The notes beneath the pieces are model-generated. The model ran no database searches. It saw only the letters and a list, made by a program, of their open reading frames with translations, and was not told where the DNA came from. A stretch of DNA of 64,000 nt. It comes from an uncultured Oscillospiraceae bacterium (lineage in GTDB: Bacteria; Bacillota; Clostridia; Oscillospirales; Oscillospiraceae). The translations under genes and the position numbers were made by a program. The stretch is from contig CAKUHB010000009.1 in NCBI GenBank assembly GCA_934655875.1, forward strand, positions 1 through 64,000. The letters run 5' to 3'. Of this stretch, positions 1 to 11,111 are shown in pieces. Numbering within the stretch: the stretch's first letter is position 1; each line of letters opens with the position of its first letter.

Positions 1-17
1 TTCATAAAAAGACCTCC

Positions 18-1469
18 TTACGCGTTATATGTGCTCGCGGCGGTATTTCCGCCGCGGCCCGTCCAGTTGGTGTGGAAGAACTGCCCTCTGGGGCTGTCCA
101 GCCGCTCATAGGTATGGGCTCCAAAATAATCGCGCTGCGCCTGCAAAAGATTCGCGGGCAGGCGGTCGGTAGTGTAGCCGTCGAAGTAGCTGAGCGCCGC
201 CGTCATTGCGGGAGCCGGGACACCATAAGAAACAGCCGCTGCTGCAACCTTCCGCCATGCGGGAATGAGTTTTTCCATCGTCTCCTTGAAATACGGATCG
301 AGCAGGAGGTTCGACAGCTCCGGATTCTTGTCATACGCTTCCTTGATCTTGCCGAGGAAGACGGAGCGGATGATGCAGCCGCCGCGCCACATGAGGGCGA
401 TGCCGCCATAATTGAGGTTCCAACCGTAGCTCTTCGCCGCGGTGCGCATGAGGGTGTAGCCCTGTGCGTAGGAAATGATCTTGGACGCATACAGCGCCTG
501 CCGGATGGCTTCGACCATCTCTGCCTTGTCGCCGGTGAAGGCCGGGATTGTGCGTGCGTATTCCTTTGCCGCTTCCACGCGCTCAGACTTCATCGCGGAC
601 AGGCAGCGCGCAAAGACCGCTTCACCGATGAGTGTCAGCGGAACGCCCTCGTCGAGCGCCGCGATGCCCGTCCACTTGCCGGTGCCCTTCTGCCCTGCGG
701 TATCGAGAATTTTTTCCACGATGGGCTGACCGTCGGTGTCCTTGTAGGCCAGAATGTCGCGGGTGATCTCAATTAAGTAGGAATCCAGTTCGGTTTTATT
801 CCATGCGGCGAAAACCTCGTGCATTTCATCGTCCGACATGCCGAGCAGATCGCGCATGAGCTGGTAGGCTTCGCAGATGAGCTGCATATCGCCGTACTCG
901 ATGCCGTTGTGAACCATCTTGACGAAGTGCCCCGCGCCGTTTTCGCCGACCCAGTCGCAGCACGGCGAGCCGTCCTCGACCTTCGCGCAGATTGCCTGAA
1001 AGATGGGCTTGACGGACTCCCACGCGGCGGGGCTGCCGCCGGGCATCATGCTGGGGCCTTTCAGCGCACCCTCCTCGCCTCCGGACACGCCGGTGCCGAT
1101 GTAGAGCTTGCCCTTGGATTCGACGTAAGCCGTTCTGCGGATGGTGTCGGGGAAGTGCGAGTTGCCGCCGTCGATGAGGATATCGCCGTCGTCCAGCAGC
1201 GGCAGAAGCTGCTCGATCATGTCGTCCACGGCGTTGCCGGCTTTGACCATCATGAAGACCTTGCGTGGTTTTTCCAGATTGTCAACCAGTTCTTCAAGGC
1301 TGTGGCAGCCGATGATGTTCTTGCCCGCGGCTCTGCCGGTTACGAATTTGTCCACCTTCTCCGTCGTGCGGTTGAAGACCGCCACGGTGAAGCCTTTGGA
1401 CTCCATGTTCATGACGAGATTTTCGCCCATGACGGCAAGGCCGATCAGACCAATATCTGCTTTTTTCAT
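18..1469 (-). CDS. gnd: 6-phosphogluconate dehydrogenase (decarboxylating)
   Basis: 483-aa ORF. The N-terminal Rossmann motif [12 protein letters not shown] is followed by 6PGDH C-terminal domain signatures. ATGA overlap with the upstream kinase gene indicates translational coupling. Confidence 0.9.
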   Translation of the reverse strand: MKKADIGLIGLAVMGENLVMNMESKGFTVAVFNRTTEKVDKFVTGRAAGKNIIGCHSLEELVDNLEKPRKVFMMVKAGNAVDDMIEQLLPLLDDGDILIDGGNSHFPDTIRRTAYVESKGKLYIGTGVSGGEEGALKGPSMMPGGSPAAWESVKPIFQAICAKVEDGSPCCDWVGENGAGHFVKMVHNGIEYGDMQLICEAYQLMRDLLGMSDDEMHEVFAAWNKTELDSYLIEITRDILAYKDTDGQPIVEKILDTAGQKGTGKWTGIAALDEGVPLTLIGEAVFARCLSAMKSERVEAAKEYARTIPAFTGDKAEMVEAIRQALYASKIISYAQGYTLMRTAAKSYGWNLNYGGIALMWRGGCIIRSVFLGKIKEAYDKNPELSNLLLDPYFKETMEKLIPAWRKVAAAAVSYGVPAPAMTAALSYFDGYTTDRLPANLLQAQRDYFGAHTYERLDSPRGQFFHTNWTGRGGNTAASTYNA

Positions 1470-2533
1470 CGCTGTACCCTCGCGTTTCCCTTGTAAATAT
1501 CCCAGACCTGCTTCTCATCGGCAGGCTCGGCGTAGTCGTTAAGGCTCGACGCCGCCAGCACACCGCTCGCCCAGCCGAATTGCAGGCACTGTTCCGGCTC
1601 CCAGCCGTTCAGAACGCCATAGAGCAGGCCGCCGGAGAAGCCGTCGCCGCCGCCGATGCGGTCGAGCACCTGAATCTCACGGGGTTCCTCGACGTACCAC
1701 TTGCCGTCCGCAAGCAAAATTGCGCCCCAGAGGTGCTCGTTCGCCGAAACGACCTGCCGCAGCGTGGTCGCGAACAGCTTCGCGTTCGGATATTTTGCCT
1801 GCACCTGCGAGATCATGCCCTTGAACGATTCAATCTTGGAGGACAGATCTTTGCCGCCCGCTTCGGGACCTTTAAAGCCAAGGCAGAGCTGGAAGTCCTC
1901 CTCGTTGCCGATGAGCACGTCAGCCAGAGACGCAATCTCGCTGAACGCCTTGGACAGTTCTTCCTCGCGGCCCTTCCAGAACGTCGCGCGGTAGTTGAGG
2001 TCGAACGAAACGAGCGTGCCGTACTGCTTCGCGGCTTTTGCCAGCGCAAGGCAGCACTCGGTCGTCTCATGGCTCATGGCCGCAATGAGCCCGGACAGAT
2101 GCAGGATACCGACGCCCTCCTGCCCGAAGATGCGGTCAACATCAAAATCCTCGATGCAAAGCGTTCTGCCGACCTCGCCCGCACGGTCATTCCAGACGCG
2201 CGGCGCTTTCAAGCCAAAACCGGAGTCCGCGATGTTAAACTGATGGCGATAGCCCCACGGCCCGCCCTGCTCCACGTCCAGACCCTCAATGCGGATGTTT
2301 CGCGCGCGCAGCTGCCGCTTGATGAAGTCCGCGACGGGGCTTCCCTTGACGAATTTGGTGAGTGCCAGGCACTCCCGCCCAAGGCTCGACGCGACGTTCA
2401 GGACGTTGGTTTCCGCGCTCGTCGCCTGCATATAAAACTGATTGCTGTTCTGCACCGCCATGCGGTCGGGCGGCGTAATGCGCACGCCCATGCTCGTCGG
2501 GCAGGCAATGGCATATTGATAGATTGCTTTCAT
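1466..2533 (-). CDS. kdgK: PfkB-family carbohydrate kinase, probably 2-dehydro-3-deoxygluconokinase
   Basis: 355 aa with the PfkB signature [12 protein letters not shown] and ribokinase-like fold motifs. It is a same-strand neighbour of the KduD-like SDR gene. Specificity is inferred from context only. Confidence 0.65.
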   Translation of the reverse strand: MKAIYQYAIACPTSMGVRITPPDRMAVQNSNQFYMQATSAETNVLNVASSLGRECLALTKFVKGSPVADFIKRQLRARNIRIEGLDVEQGGPWGYRHQFNIADSGFGLKAPRVWNDRAGEVGRTLCIEDFDVDRIFGQEGVGILHLSGLIAAMSHETTECCLALAKAAKQYGTLVSFDLNYRATFWKGREEELSKAFSEIASLADVLIGNEEDFQLCLGFKGPEAGGKDLSSKIESFKGMISQVQAKYPNAKLFATTLRQVVSANEHLWGAILLADGKWYVEEPREIQVLDRIGGGDGFSGGLLYGVLNGWEPEQCLQFGWASGVLAASSLNDYAEPADEKQVWDIYKGNARVQR

Positions 2534-2565
2534 ATATATTCTCCTTAGAAATTAGAACAACGTAG

Positions 2566-3738
2566 TCATCGATGGAGTCCCAACACATATCCACCAGTCT
2601 TGCCGACGACTACGTTGTTTTCCACACGAATCCCGCCGATTCCCGGAATGTACACGCCGGGCTCAATTGCGATGACCATGCCCTCGCGCAGCACGTCCTG
2701 AGAGCCGGGTTCCAGATGCGGGAAACCTTCGCTATGCGCAAACCCGGTACCATGGCCGGCAGGATGTACAAAGTACTGACCGTATCTGCGTTCTTCCAGA
2801 TATGCACGGCAGGCCGCATCTACTTCGGCGCCACGCACACCGTCTTTCGCCATCGCCAGCCCCGCCTGGAACGCGCCGCTGACGGCATCATATGCCTGCT
2901 TCTTTTCACCGCGAAAGCCGCCGACGCAGCCCGTTCGGGTAAGATCTGCCCAATATCCGTCCATGCAGGCACCGATCTCGTACATAGCGACGTCGCCATC
3001 CTGCAATACTCTGCCGCAGCTGAGAATACCATCTGCCCAAGCTACCAGAGAACGCTCCGGCCCGGTGCTCAACTGGCCGAATGGACGCGCAGCGCCGCGC
3101 GCGCCGCGGTAGCCGCAGGCCAGCTTCGTATAATATGCCTGCGTCTCCGCCAGTACGTCGACCTCGCGGATGCCCGGCGTCTGAAGCAGCGTTTCAAAAT
3201 AATCCAGCGCCTTTTGCAGTACTTCGTTGACGAGCTCCAACTTCTCCAGATCGCTCTCATTTTTGATGCTCCGGATATCGCGGATCGCATCTTTTACATA
3301 GATAAAATCGTCGGTATCAAAGCCCTGCTTCAGAATGTTTCGCGTCGTACTGCCGCAAAGCTGCACCTTATTGGCAACGAACGTCGGCGCCATGACGTCT
3401 TCGCCGCCTTCAATCGCGATTTTTGGGTGCACACCAAGCTGATAGCGCGCGGCCAATTCATGGATAACGTTCACAACGTTTTGGATGGGGTCGCCGTCGG
3501 AAAGCAGAACATCGCCAAATCCGATCGCATTGGTGATCCCAACCTCTTTCGTATCCTCCAGCTCAACCATGGGGCAAATCACGACGGGTTCGCCCGAAGC
3601 AGGAACGAAGAGGAATGCAAAACCGTAGCGGGGCCAATACTGGGTAAAGAGCACAAGATTTTCCGGCAGGCGCAGCAGCGCTGCTGCCGCCTTGTTTTCA
3701 CGCAGCCAGCTCTGAAACGCGTCAAGATGTTGATACAT
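2566..3738 (-). CDS. M24-family metallohydrolase (creatinase/prolidase-like), paralog A
   Basis: 390 aa. The M24 metal-ligand motifs are present: DGYWADLTRT, HPAGHGTGF..HSE, IEPG, VENNV. It is clearly paralogous to the ORF at 8291-9451, sharing the N-terminus MYQH..F....LRLPEN..LFTQYWPR. Confidence 0.75.
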   Translation of the reverse strand: MYQHLDAFQSWLRENKAAAALLRLPENLVLFTQYWPRYGFAFLFVPASGEPVVICPMVELEDTKEVGITNAIGFGDVLLSDGDPIQNVVNVIHELAARYQLGVHPKIAIEGGEDVMAPTFVANKVQLCGSTTRNILKQGFDTDDFIYVKDAIRDIRSIKNESDLEKLELVNEVLQKALDYFETLLQTPGIREVDVLAETQAYYTKLACGYRGARGAARPFGQLSTGPERSLVAWADGILSCGRVLQDGDVAMYEIGACMDGYWADLTRTGCVGGFRGEKKQAYDAVSGAFQAGLAMAKDGVRGAEVDAACRAYLEERRYGQYFVHPAGHGTGFAHSEGFPHLEPGSQDVLREGMVIAIEPGVYIPGIGGIRVENNVVVGKTGGYVLGLHR

Positions 3739-3798
3739 GGTGTGTCCTCCTGTAAAAGTGTATATTCAGTTTTTAAAAACGCAGCAGCATGGATACAT

Positions 3799-4575
3799 TT
3801 AAAGCGACGCCTGCCAACCGCCGTCGACATAGACCGTAAAGCCATCCACGTAATCCGACGCCGGTGACGCAAGGAAAATCACGGTACCGACAATGTCCTC
3901 CGGCTTGCCCCAGCGGCCAAGCGGAACCTCTCCGACGACCCAGCTGTTGAACGTCTCGTCCTCTACGAGACATTTCGTCAATTCAGTCTCGATATAACCT
4001 GGGCCGACGGCATTGACGTTCAGGCCAAAGCGGCCCCACTCCGTTGCCATTGATTTCGTGAGCATTTTCAGGCCACCCTTTGCCGCGCTGTAATTGGCGA
4101 TATTTGTGCGTGCCAGCTCCGCATTCAGCGAGGTAACGTTGATGATCTTTCCGTGTTTTCGCGGGATCATATGCTGCGCAACAGCCTGTCCCATCAAAAA
4201 GGCGCTCGTCAGGTTCACATCGATCACGCGCTGCCAGTCTGCCGCCGGCATTTCTGCAAGCGGATGTCTGCGATGGATCCCGGCATTGTTGATCAGCACA
4301 TCAATCGGGCCGATCTCCGACTCGATCTTTTCCACAGCCGCATGCACCTGCGTCTCGTCTGAAACATCGAAGCAAAGGCCATAGGCAGGGAAGCCGTTTG
4401 CGCGGCGCTCTGCGACCACCGCGTCCAGTGTTTCCTGATGCGTGCCGTTCAGAACGACGGTCGCACCCGCGCGCAGGCAGGCATCCGCATATGCCAGTCC
4501 CAACCCACGACTGGAGCCCGTGATCACAACGATCCTGTTCTCCAGAGAAAATAAGCGATTCAAATACTCGTTCAT
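3799..4575 (-). CDS. SDR-family oxidoreductase (KduD / gluconate 5-dehydrogenase-like)
   Basis: 258 aa with the TGSSRGLG glycine-rich NAD(P)-binding motif and the YxxxK catalytic motif (NYSAAKGG). Confidence 0.8.
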   Translation of the reverse strand: MNEYLNRLFSLENRIVVITGSSRGLGLAYADACLRAGATVVLNGTHQETLDAVVAERRANGFPAYGLCFDVSDETQVHAAVEKIESEIGPIDVLINNAGIHRRHPLAEMPAADWQRVIDVNLTSAFLMGQAVAQHMIPRKHGKIINVTSLNAELARTNIANYSAAKGGLKMLTKSMATEWGRFGLNVNAVGPGYIETELTKCLVEDETFNSWVVGEVPLGRWGKPEDIVGTVIFLASPASDYVDGFTVYVDGGWQASL

Positions 4576-4584
4576 AAAAATCTC

Positions 4585-6099
4585 CTAGTCCACCATATAT
4601 TGCAGCAGCAGCGACTTTTTGATATCCGTGCTGTGATTGTCCAGTTCCTTTACGCAGCGGCCCTGCTTGATAATGTAGATCCGGTCGCAAAGCGCAATCA
4701 ACTCATCCAACTCATCCGAAATGTAGAGGATCGCAGTGCCCTGCTCCGCAGCCTGCTGCGTGACCAGTTCGTAGATCTCACTCTTTGCGCCGACGTCGAC
4801 ACCTCTGGTCGGCTGATCCAGAATCAAAAGCTTGGGATCGTTCATCAGACACTTACCGATTGCAACTTTTTGCTGATTGCCGCCGGAAAGATCAGAGATT
4901 ACCTGTTTGGGGCTTGTGCATTTGACAGACATGAAGCGGATCATATCCTGTACCTTGCTGCCAAGCATTTTATAGTTCAGTGCAAATGCTCTTTGAACCT
5001 TTCCGAGATATGACAGCCACATGTTTGTGTTGATCCCAAGCTTCAGAACCAGACCCTCCAGCTTTCGATCCTCCTGCACCATGTTGATGCCCATGTGAAC
5101 GGCCTTCGTTGGGCTGGTGATCTGCACGGTTTTTCCTTCATAGCAAATGCTTCCGGAGCCGACCTTCTCCGCGCCGAAGATCATTTTCGCGATCTCCGAA
5201 CGCCCGGAACCGACAACGCCCGCCAGACCCACGATCTCTCCTTTGCGAATACAGAGCGAAACGTCATGGATCAGATCCCGCGCCGTTGTCAGACCCTTGC
5301 AGTCCAGCAGCACCTCGCGATCCGTTTTCGGCTCACCGATATTTTTCTCAATGGCTGCTTCCCTGCCGATCATCCACTGTACAAGCTGGTTGACCGTGCA
5401 ATCCTTCGTCTCGGCTGTCGCCACGGTCCGCCCGTCTCGCAGTACGGTCAGCCGGTCCGCGACCTCAAAAACCTCTTCCAGATAATGCGAGATATAGATG
5501 ATGCTGATACCCTTTTCCCGTAGCATCCGAATGACCTTGAACAGCTGCTGTGTCTCTGTATGAGAAAGGGAAGAGGTCGGCTCATCCATAACGATCACTC
5601 TGGAATTGCAGGAGACCGTCCGCGCAATCAGTACCAACTGCTGCTGAGCCGGGCTGAGCGTTGAGACCATCGCCGTCGCTGGAATCTGGAATCCAAGCAT
5701 CTGCATCAGCTTCTCGGTTTCCTGATACATCTGTTTTCTATCAAGGATCTTCTGCGCACGATCCCGGAACAGCTCGCGTCCCAGATAAATGTTTTCCGCG
5801 ACATTCCGGCAGCCGACCAGATCGAGTTCCTGATGGATCATCGTAATACCGCAGTTGTACGCATCGCGCGGCGTATGGAAGGACACCGATTTCCCATTGT
5901 ACCGGATCTCGCCGGCTGTCAGTGAATAGATCCCGTTCAGAATCTTCATCAGCGTCGACTTTCCTGCGCCGTTTGCGCCAAGCAGCGCATGCACTTCTCC
6001 CGTACGCAGCTCAAAATTCACTTCGTCGAGCACGCGCACACGGGAAAATTCCTTCACGATGCCGTGCATTTCAAGAATATTTTCACGCAATACAGTCAC
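4585..6099 (-). CDS. Sugar ABC transporter ATP-binding protein (two fused nucleotide-binding domains)
   Basis: 504 aa with a duplicated Walker A (GANGAGKST; a second P-loop-like region) and an LSGGQQQ signature. The architecture is RbsA/MglA-like. Confidence 0.85.
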   Translation of the reverse strand: MTVLRENILEMHGIVKEFSRVRVLDEVNFELRTGEVHALLGANGAGKSTLMKILNGIYSLTAGEIRYNGKSVSFHTPRDAYNCGITMIHQELDLVGCRNVAENIYLGRELFRDRAQKILDRKQMYQETEKLMQMLGFQIPATAMVSTLSPAQQQLVLIARTVSCNSRVIVMDEPTSSLSHTETQQLFKVIRMLREKGISIIYISHYLEEVFEVADRLTVLRDGRTVATAETKDCTVNQLVQWMIGREAAIEKNIGEPKTDREVLLDCKGLTTARDLIHDVSLCIRKGEIVGLAGVVGSGRSEIAKMIFGAEKVGSGSICYEGKTVQITSPTKAVHMGINMVQEDRKLEGLVLKLGINTNMWLSYLGKVQRAFALNYKMLGSKVQDMIRFMSVKCTSPKQVISDLSGGNQQKVAIGKCLMNDPKLLILDQPTRGVDVGAKSEIYELVTQQAAEQGTAILYISDELDELIALCDRIYIIKQGRCVKELDNHSTDIKKSLLLQYMVD

Positions 6100-6120
6100 T
6101 CCCTTCTTCCGCGCAGCGGC

Positions 6121-7068
6121 TTACTCGCGCTTTTTGTTTGCAAAGCTGTCAATGCCGACCGCAACAATCAGGATCACGCCGGTAATGGCATCCTGCCAGA
6201 AGCTCGACACGCCGGACAGCTGCAAAATATTCAGGATGATACCCATAATCATTGTGCCGATGATACAGCCGCCGATGGAGCCGACACCGCCATCCAGCGA
6301 GGTTCCGCCGACGATGCACGCCGACATGACCTTCAACTCATATCCGTCCATGCCATCGGCTGTACACATCAGGATCCGGAGCGTGTAAACCAGCGCGCCG
6401 ATCGAAGCGAACAGGCCACTGATCACAAGCGCCAGCGTCTTGATCACATCAACGTTTACGCCGGACAGCCACGCGGCACGCTTGTTGCCGCCGGTCGCAT
6501 AGATATACTGGCCGAAGCGGGTCTTTCGGAGAATGTACGCCATGACGAGCGCCAGCACGAGCCAGATCAGCGCCGGTACGGGGATCACACCGGCGATCTT
6601 TCCCATGCCGATGATATTAAATGCCCTTGGTATGCCGGTGATCGGCTTTGCGCCGGTAATAATGTAGACAAGGCCACGGACAGATGTCTGTGTGCCGAGC
6701 GTCGTAACGAACGGGTTGATGCCGATTTTTGTTACCAGGAAGCCGTTGATCAGGCCGATCACGATACCGGTCAGAAGTCCGACCAGAATACCGGGCACAA
6801 AGCCGTATTTTACAAACATCATCGTGGACAGGACGCCGGTCAGCGCGCCAGTCGACGAGACAGACATATCAAACGAGCCTGTGACCAATGCGAACACCAT
6901 GCCGAGCGCCATGATGCCGACAATGGCATTCTGCGCAAGCAGATTCATCAGATTGGACAAAGAGAGGAACAAGGGGTTAATGATTACGCTGACCAGCATC
7001 ATGGCTGCAAGCACGATCAGCATGGTCAGTTCTTTGGACTTCAAGATTGGATTCTTTTTTCGCTCCAC
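6121..7068 (-). CDS. ABC transporter permease (ribose/monosaccharide type)
   Basis: 315 aa, polytopic hydrophobic, RbsC-like. It sits between the ATPase and the binding-protein gene. Confidence 0.85.
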   Translation of the reverse strand: MERKKNPILKSKELTMLIVLAAMMLVSVIINPLFLSLSNLMNLLAQNAIVGIMALGMVFALVTGSFDMSVSSTGALTGVLSTMMFVKYGFVPGILVGLLTGIVIGLINGFLVTKIGINPFVTTLGTQTSVRGLVYIITGAKPITGIPRAFNIIGMGKIAGVIPVPALIWLVLALVMAYILRKTRFGQYIYATGGNKRAAWLSGVNVDVIKTLALVISGLFASIGALVYTLRILMCTADGMDGYELKVMSACIVGGTSLDGGVGSIGGCIIGTMIMGIILNILQLSGVSSFWQDAITGVILIVAVGIDSFANKKRE

Positions 7069-7171
7069 TGTGATCCCAACTTTCTAAATATAGATTTGGC
7101 ACGGCAGCAAACGGGGGTAATTGCTGCCGTGCCATTTTCATTCATTGCACGTGCAAATCGTCAGGTGACGC

Positions 7172-8227
7172 TTACCAGGCAACATCGTAATCCTCGCAGT
7201 TTTCCGCGGTCACGATCGGAAGATCGATTGCAGTCAATGCTTCAAATTTTGCGTCCGGGTTCGTAAAGTACTCGTAAACGACCTCCGCTGCCTTCTGGCC
7301 CTGGATTGCGGGGGACTGGTTTACAGTCGCGTAAATATTGCCCGCCAGGATCCCTTCCTTTACGTAGGACGGGTAATCAAACGCAGTGATCTTGCCGAGC
7401 AGCTCTGTGCGTCCGGCTTCGATGCAGGCTTCCGCCACGCCGACGGCATCGTCCGGGCCCTGTGTGATGACAGCGTCGATCTCGCCGGCCTGGAACTTCG
7501 TGAGCATGTTCTGCGCGACCTGAATGGCGGTTGCCTTATCCCAGTCGCTGTTCTGTTCGAAAACAACCTCGATCTCGGGATAGTCCTTCAGATACTCATA
7601 AAAACCTTCGCTCTCCTGCACTTGCGGGCCGGAGCCGAGCGTACCGAGCAGATATGCGATCTTGCCCTTGCCGCCGGTCAGTTCCACTGCCAGCTGCGCT
7701 TCCAGACGACCGGCTTCGACGCAGTCCATGTTGACCTCCGTGATGATGTCAGCACCTTCGCCAAGGGAACGGTTGATGACAACAACGGGAATGTTGGCCT
7801 CATTGCATTCCTGCACGACGGGAACCAGAGAGTTGGACTGGGCCGGAACCAGAATAATCAGATCCTTGCCCTGCGTGATGAAGTTTTCAACGATGGTCGT
7901 CTGCGTAACAGGGTCATCCTTGCCATCCTGCGTGTCTACGTTGAAGCAGCCGTATGCTTCCAGTGCTTCCACGCACTCGTTCATGATGGCGACCTGGAAC
8001 GGCGTGCCGAAATTCGCGCAGCAATAGCCGATCTCCCAGACCTTATCGCTGGTGGCTTCAGCGTCGCTGGTGGCTTCGGCGTCGCTGGCAGCCTGTTCCG
8101 CTACGTCAGTGGTGTCGGTGGGTGTTGCCGCGGTGTCAGCAGGGGTCTGATCGGGGGTGGCTGCACAACCTGTCAGCAGTGCAAATACGAGGATGAGTGC
8201 AAGAGCGAGTGCCAAGATTTTTTTCAT
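7172..8227 (-). CDS. Sugar ABC transporter substrate-binding lipoprotein
   Basis: 351 aa with a signal peptide and lipobox (LLTGCAAT). A low-complexity T/D/A-rich linker precedes a periplasmic-binding-protein fold resembling RbsB/LacI-type binding proteins. Confidence 0.8.
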   Translation of the reverse strand: MKKILALALALILVFALLTGCAATPDQTPADTAATPTDTTDVAEQAASDAEATSDAEATSDKVWEIGYCCANFGTPFQVAIMNECVEALEAYGCFNVDTQDGKDDPVTQTTIVENFITQGKDLIILVPAQSNSLVPVVQECNEANIPVVVINRSLGEGADIITEVNMDCVEAGRLEAQLAVELTGGKGKIAYLLGTLGSGPQVQESEGFYEYLKDYPEIEVVFEQNSDWDKATAIQVAQNMLTKFQAGEIDAVITQGPDDAVGVAEACIEAGRTELLGKITAFDYPSYVKEGILAGNIYATVNQSPAIQGQKAAEVVYEYFTNPDAKFEALTAIDLPIVTAENCEDYDVAW

Positions 8228-8290
8228 TATGTTACATTCCTTTCTCTTTGTGTCATCGTCTTATAGGTTCCTGCTATGTTGCGAAAAACG

Positions 8291-9451
8291 TTACCAGCCA
8301 AACGGTACGCCGCCATGCGGTGTGACCAGAACGTTTAACTCCTTGCGCAGACCGCCGACGCCAGGAACATATAGTCCGGGTTCAATGGCGATCACCATGT
8401 TTTCCTTCAGTACATCCTGTGACGAGGGACTGAGCGTGGGGATTGATTCATGATAATTAAATCCCGTTCCGTGTCCCGCCGGATGCAGATAATACTTTCC
8501 GTAGCCAGCGTCTTCCATGACCTTGCGTGTCGCGCGGTCGATGTCGCTGCCAGTCGCGCCAGGTCTTGCCGCGGCTACGCCGGCCTCAAAGGCCTGATGG
8601 ATCAGATCCAGCATCTTCCTGCTTTCCCCTCGAGCGCCGCCGACGACAGCAGAGCGCGTAATGTCCGCCCAGTAGCCATCCACGCAGAGCCCAAGCTCCA
8701 GCAGGCAACAGTCGCCATCCTGTAGGACGCGTCTGTCGCTGATAACGCCTTCACACGAGGCCACCTCGCCCTTTTTGCCAGTGCTGAGCTGTGCCCATGC
8801 GCGCGCCACGCGTGCACCGCAGAAGCCTGCCGCATTCAGCTGCAGCTGCTTCTCGATCTCCGTCACCACGGCAAGCTCCGTCATGTGCGGCACCTGAATG
8901 AGGTCTTCAAACCGATCCATAGCCTGCGCAGCCAGCTCGTTCACGACCTTCAGCTTCTCAATGTCCTGCTCGTTCTTGATCGCCATGATCGGCGGGATCA
9001 GATCCCGGACGGTGACGAAATGATTGCTCCCAAAGCCCTCTGTGACCAGACGGTATGTATTGCGCCCGACGAGGGAAACCTTTCCCGAGCAGAAGCACGG
9101 CGCGACCATATCGTAATCCAGCTCCAGACCGATTTTCGCGTCCTTTTCCAGACCGTAGGCCTCGGCAAGCTTCCGGAAGACCGCAACGGTCTGCTCATCC
9201 GGATCGCCGCTGGCCATATCGACATCGTTATAGGAATAGATGTTTGTCAGCTCCGCAAGCTCGGCGTCCTCGGTCTCCACCAGTGGGACAACCACTGCCG
9301 GCTTTCCCGTTTCCGGGATCACCAGATAGGAGTTTGCATTTCTCGGCCAGTACTGGGTGAACAGCGTCATGTTCTCCGGCAGCCGCAGGACAGAAAGCGC
9401 AATGCCAGCGCCGCTCATTGCAGCCTGAAATTCTTCAATGTGCTGGTACAT
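8291..9451 (-). CDS. M24-family metallohydrolase (creatinase/prolidase-like), paralog B
   Basis: 386 aa with M24 ligands DGYWADITRS, HPAGHGTGFNYHE, IEPG. It is paralogous to 2566-3738. Confidence 0.75.
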   Translation of the reverse strand: MYQHIEEFQAAMSGAGIALSVLRLPENMTLFTQYWPRNANSYLVIPETGKPAVVVPLVETEDAELAELTNIYSYNDVDMASGDPDEQTVAVFRKLAEAYGLEKDAKIGLELDYDMVAPCFCSGKVSLVGRNTYRLVTEGFGSNHFVTVRDLIPPIMAIKNEQDIEKLKVVNELAAQAMDRFEDLIQVPHMTELAVVTEIEKQLQLNAAGFCGARVARAWAQLSTGKKGEVASCEGVISDRRVLQDGDCCLLELGLCVDGYWADITRSAVVGGARGESRKMLDLIHQAFEAGVAAARPGATGSDIDRATRKVMEDAGYGKYYLHPAGHGTGFNYHESIPTLSPSSQDVLKENMVIAIEPGLYVPGVGGLRKELNVLVTPHGGVPFGW

Positions 9452-9511
9452 ATCTGCATCCTTTCTTATTTTTTATTGATCATTCTCACAGTTTTCCGTG
9501 AACATGTGCAC

Positions 9512-10840
9512 TTACAGCTCTGCCTGCATGGCCTTGAAGATGTCCTCCATGCGGTTGAGCGTGATGTTGATATCCTCCATCGTGTGCTGCGCACTGAAGC
9601 CGTAGTGTGCCGGCGCGGCTGCGCCGCAGTCGTGCATGAACAGGCCGTGCTCGAGCGCCTTCACGAGGAAGCTGTGGGTCATATCCGAACGGTAGCTGTC
9701 GCCGGTCTTTCTCCAGTCGTAATCGTCCTCGGGGTTCTGTACGCCAAAGTAAACGCCGAAGCGTGCGCCGATGCCGCTGACGTGGCCGGGGATGCCGTAC
9801 TGCTGCATCAGCTGATTCATGCCGCCGTAAAGCGCGTCCGCCTTTTCGTTGATCCCGTCATAGAAGCCCGGCTCCATCGCCATCTTCATGCACTCGATCG
9901 AAGCCAGAACCGGCATAAGCGCGCCCGTATATGTTCCGCTCATGATGGTCTTGCCAATGGGGTTCAGGACCTGCATAACCTCACGCTTGCCGCAGAGCGC
10001 TGCAATCGAGAAGCCGCCGCCGATGGCCTTTGCAAATGTACCGAGATCGGGTGTGACACCGTAATAAGCCTGTGCGCAGCCGGGCGCCATCCGCAGGCCG
10101 CAGATGACCTCGTCGAAGATCAGAACGATGCCTTCCTTGGTACACAGATCGCGAACCTTCTCAAGGTATTCTTTTCTTGCCGCGTAGCAGCCGCAGTTAT
10201 AGCTGATCGGCTCCATCATGACCGCAGCGACCTTGCCTTTATTGGCAGCGACAGCCTTCTCCAGCGCGTCAAAGTCATTGAACGGCACATTGCGGACAAC
10301 CTCACTGAAGCATTTCGGCATACCGGCGGTATCCGGAATGTTCTCCACGGTGCCGTCCGCATGAATTTCACCGCGGGCCCCGTTGTGGTTGAACCAGATC
10401 AGCTCGTGCATGCCATGGAAGTGGCCTTCCATTTTGATGATGATGTCCTTCCCGGTGTAGGCGCGCGCCACACGCTCGGCGGCCATCGTGACCTCAGTGC
10501 CGGTGTTGGAAAGGCGGATCATCTCTGCACAGGGAAACATCTTCTGATAGAGCTTTGCCAGCTCTGTGTGATACGGCGTTTCAAAGTTCATGAAGAAGCC
10601 GAGATCCATCGCTTTCTCCGCCGCCGCGCGGAGTCTCGGATGGTTGTGGCCGAAGAAAGCCGCACCGGAACCGGTATGGTAGTCGATGTATTCCTTGCCG
10701 TTGACGTCGTAGATACGGCTTCCATCGGCATGATCCAGATACAGCGGCTGCTGGATGGTGGAATTGAACCGGCCGCCGGCGCTGCCGCCTCCCACGAAGT
10801 ATTTCCGTGCTTCCTCATAAACACTCTTTAACTTATCCAT
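9512..10840 (-). CDS. Class-III (omega) pyridoxal-phosphate aminotransferase
   Basis: 442 aa with the glutamate-1-semialdehyde aminomutase / acetylornithine aminotransferase-like fold, including the FDEVICG..R motif and a PLP-lysine region. It is the first gene of the minus-strand operon. Confidence 0.8.
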   Translation of the reverse strand: MDKLKSVYEEARKYFVGGGSAGGRFNSTIQQPLYLDHADGSRIYDVNGKEYIDYHTGSGAAFFGHNHPRLRAAAEKAMDLGFFMNFETPYHTELAKLYQKMFPCAEMIRLSNTGTEVTMAAERVARAYTGKDIIIKMEGHFHGMHELIWFNHNGARGEIHADGTVENIPDTAGMPKCFSEVVRNVPFNDFDALEKAVAANKGKVAAVMMEPISYNCGCYAARKEYLEKVRDLCTKEGIVLIFDEVICGLRMAPGCAQAYYGVTPDLGTFAKAIGGGFSIAALCGKREVMQVLNPIGKTIMSGTYTGALMPVLASIECMKMAMEPGFYDGINEKADALYGGMNQLMQQYGIPGHVSGIGARFGVYFGVQNPEDDYDWRKTGDSYRSDMTHSFLVKALEHGLFMHDCGAAAPAHYGFSAQHTMEDINITLNRMEDIFKAMQAEL

Positions 10841-10890
10841 TTTACACGCTCCTGCTCCACATTGGAATGGTTTTTGATGTGAAATCTGAG

Positions 10891-10906
10891 ACCTGAAATA
10901 TCAGGT
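10891..10906. promoter_or_regulatory. Candidate GntR-family operator: perfect palindrome ACCTGA-AATA-TCAGGT just downstream of the -10
   Basis: The 6-4-6 inverted repeat acctgaaatatcaggt conforms to the GT..AC core typical of FadR-subfamily GntR operators. It lies between the divergent gntR gene and the catabolic operon. Confidence 0.4.
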
Positions 10907-10916
10907 ATCTGATTTC

Positions 10917-10944
10917 ATTATAATCGACTCGCCAAAAATGTCAA
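10917..10944 (-). promoter_or_regulatory. Sigma-A-type promoter for the catabolic operon (-35 TTGACA, 16-bp spacer, -10 TATAAT on the minus strand)
   Basis: The reverse complement reads ggaaTTGACAtttttggcgagtcgatTATAATgaaatc, about 75 nt upstream of the aminotransferase ATG. Confidence 0.5.
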
Positions 10945-11053
10945 TTCCTTTCCCGAATTTTCTCGGATTTTGGTTGTTTTAACAAAAATCGCGTAAAGCA
11001 ATTGTATATATTTCTTGTTTCGCGCTGCAATCTGATATTTTTTGTTTCAGCTA

Positions 11054-11083
11054 TTGCCTATTTGGGTGTTTCCTGTTATAATA
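11054..11083 (+). promoter_or_regulatory. Putative promoter of the GntR regulator gene (-35 TTGCCT, extended -10 TGtTATAAT)
   Basis: Read from the sequence: ttgcct at 11054-11059, 18-bp spacer, TATAAT at 11078-11083, about 30 nt before the ATG at 11112. Confidence 0.35.
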
Positions 11084-11111
11084 TATAAAATTAGTTTTAT
11101 GGTGGGTTGAT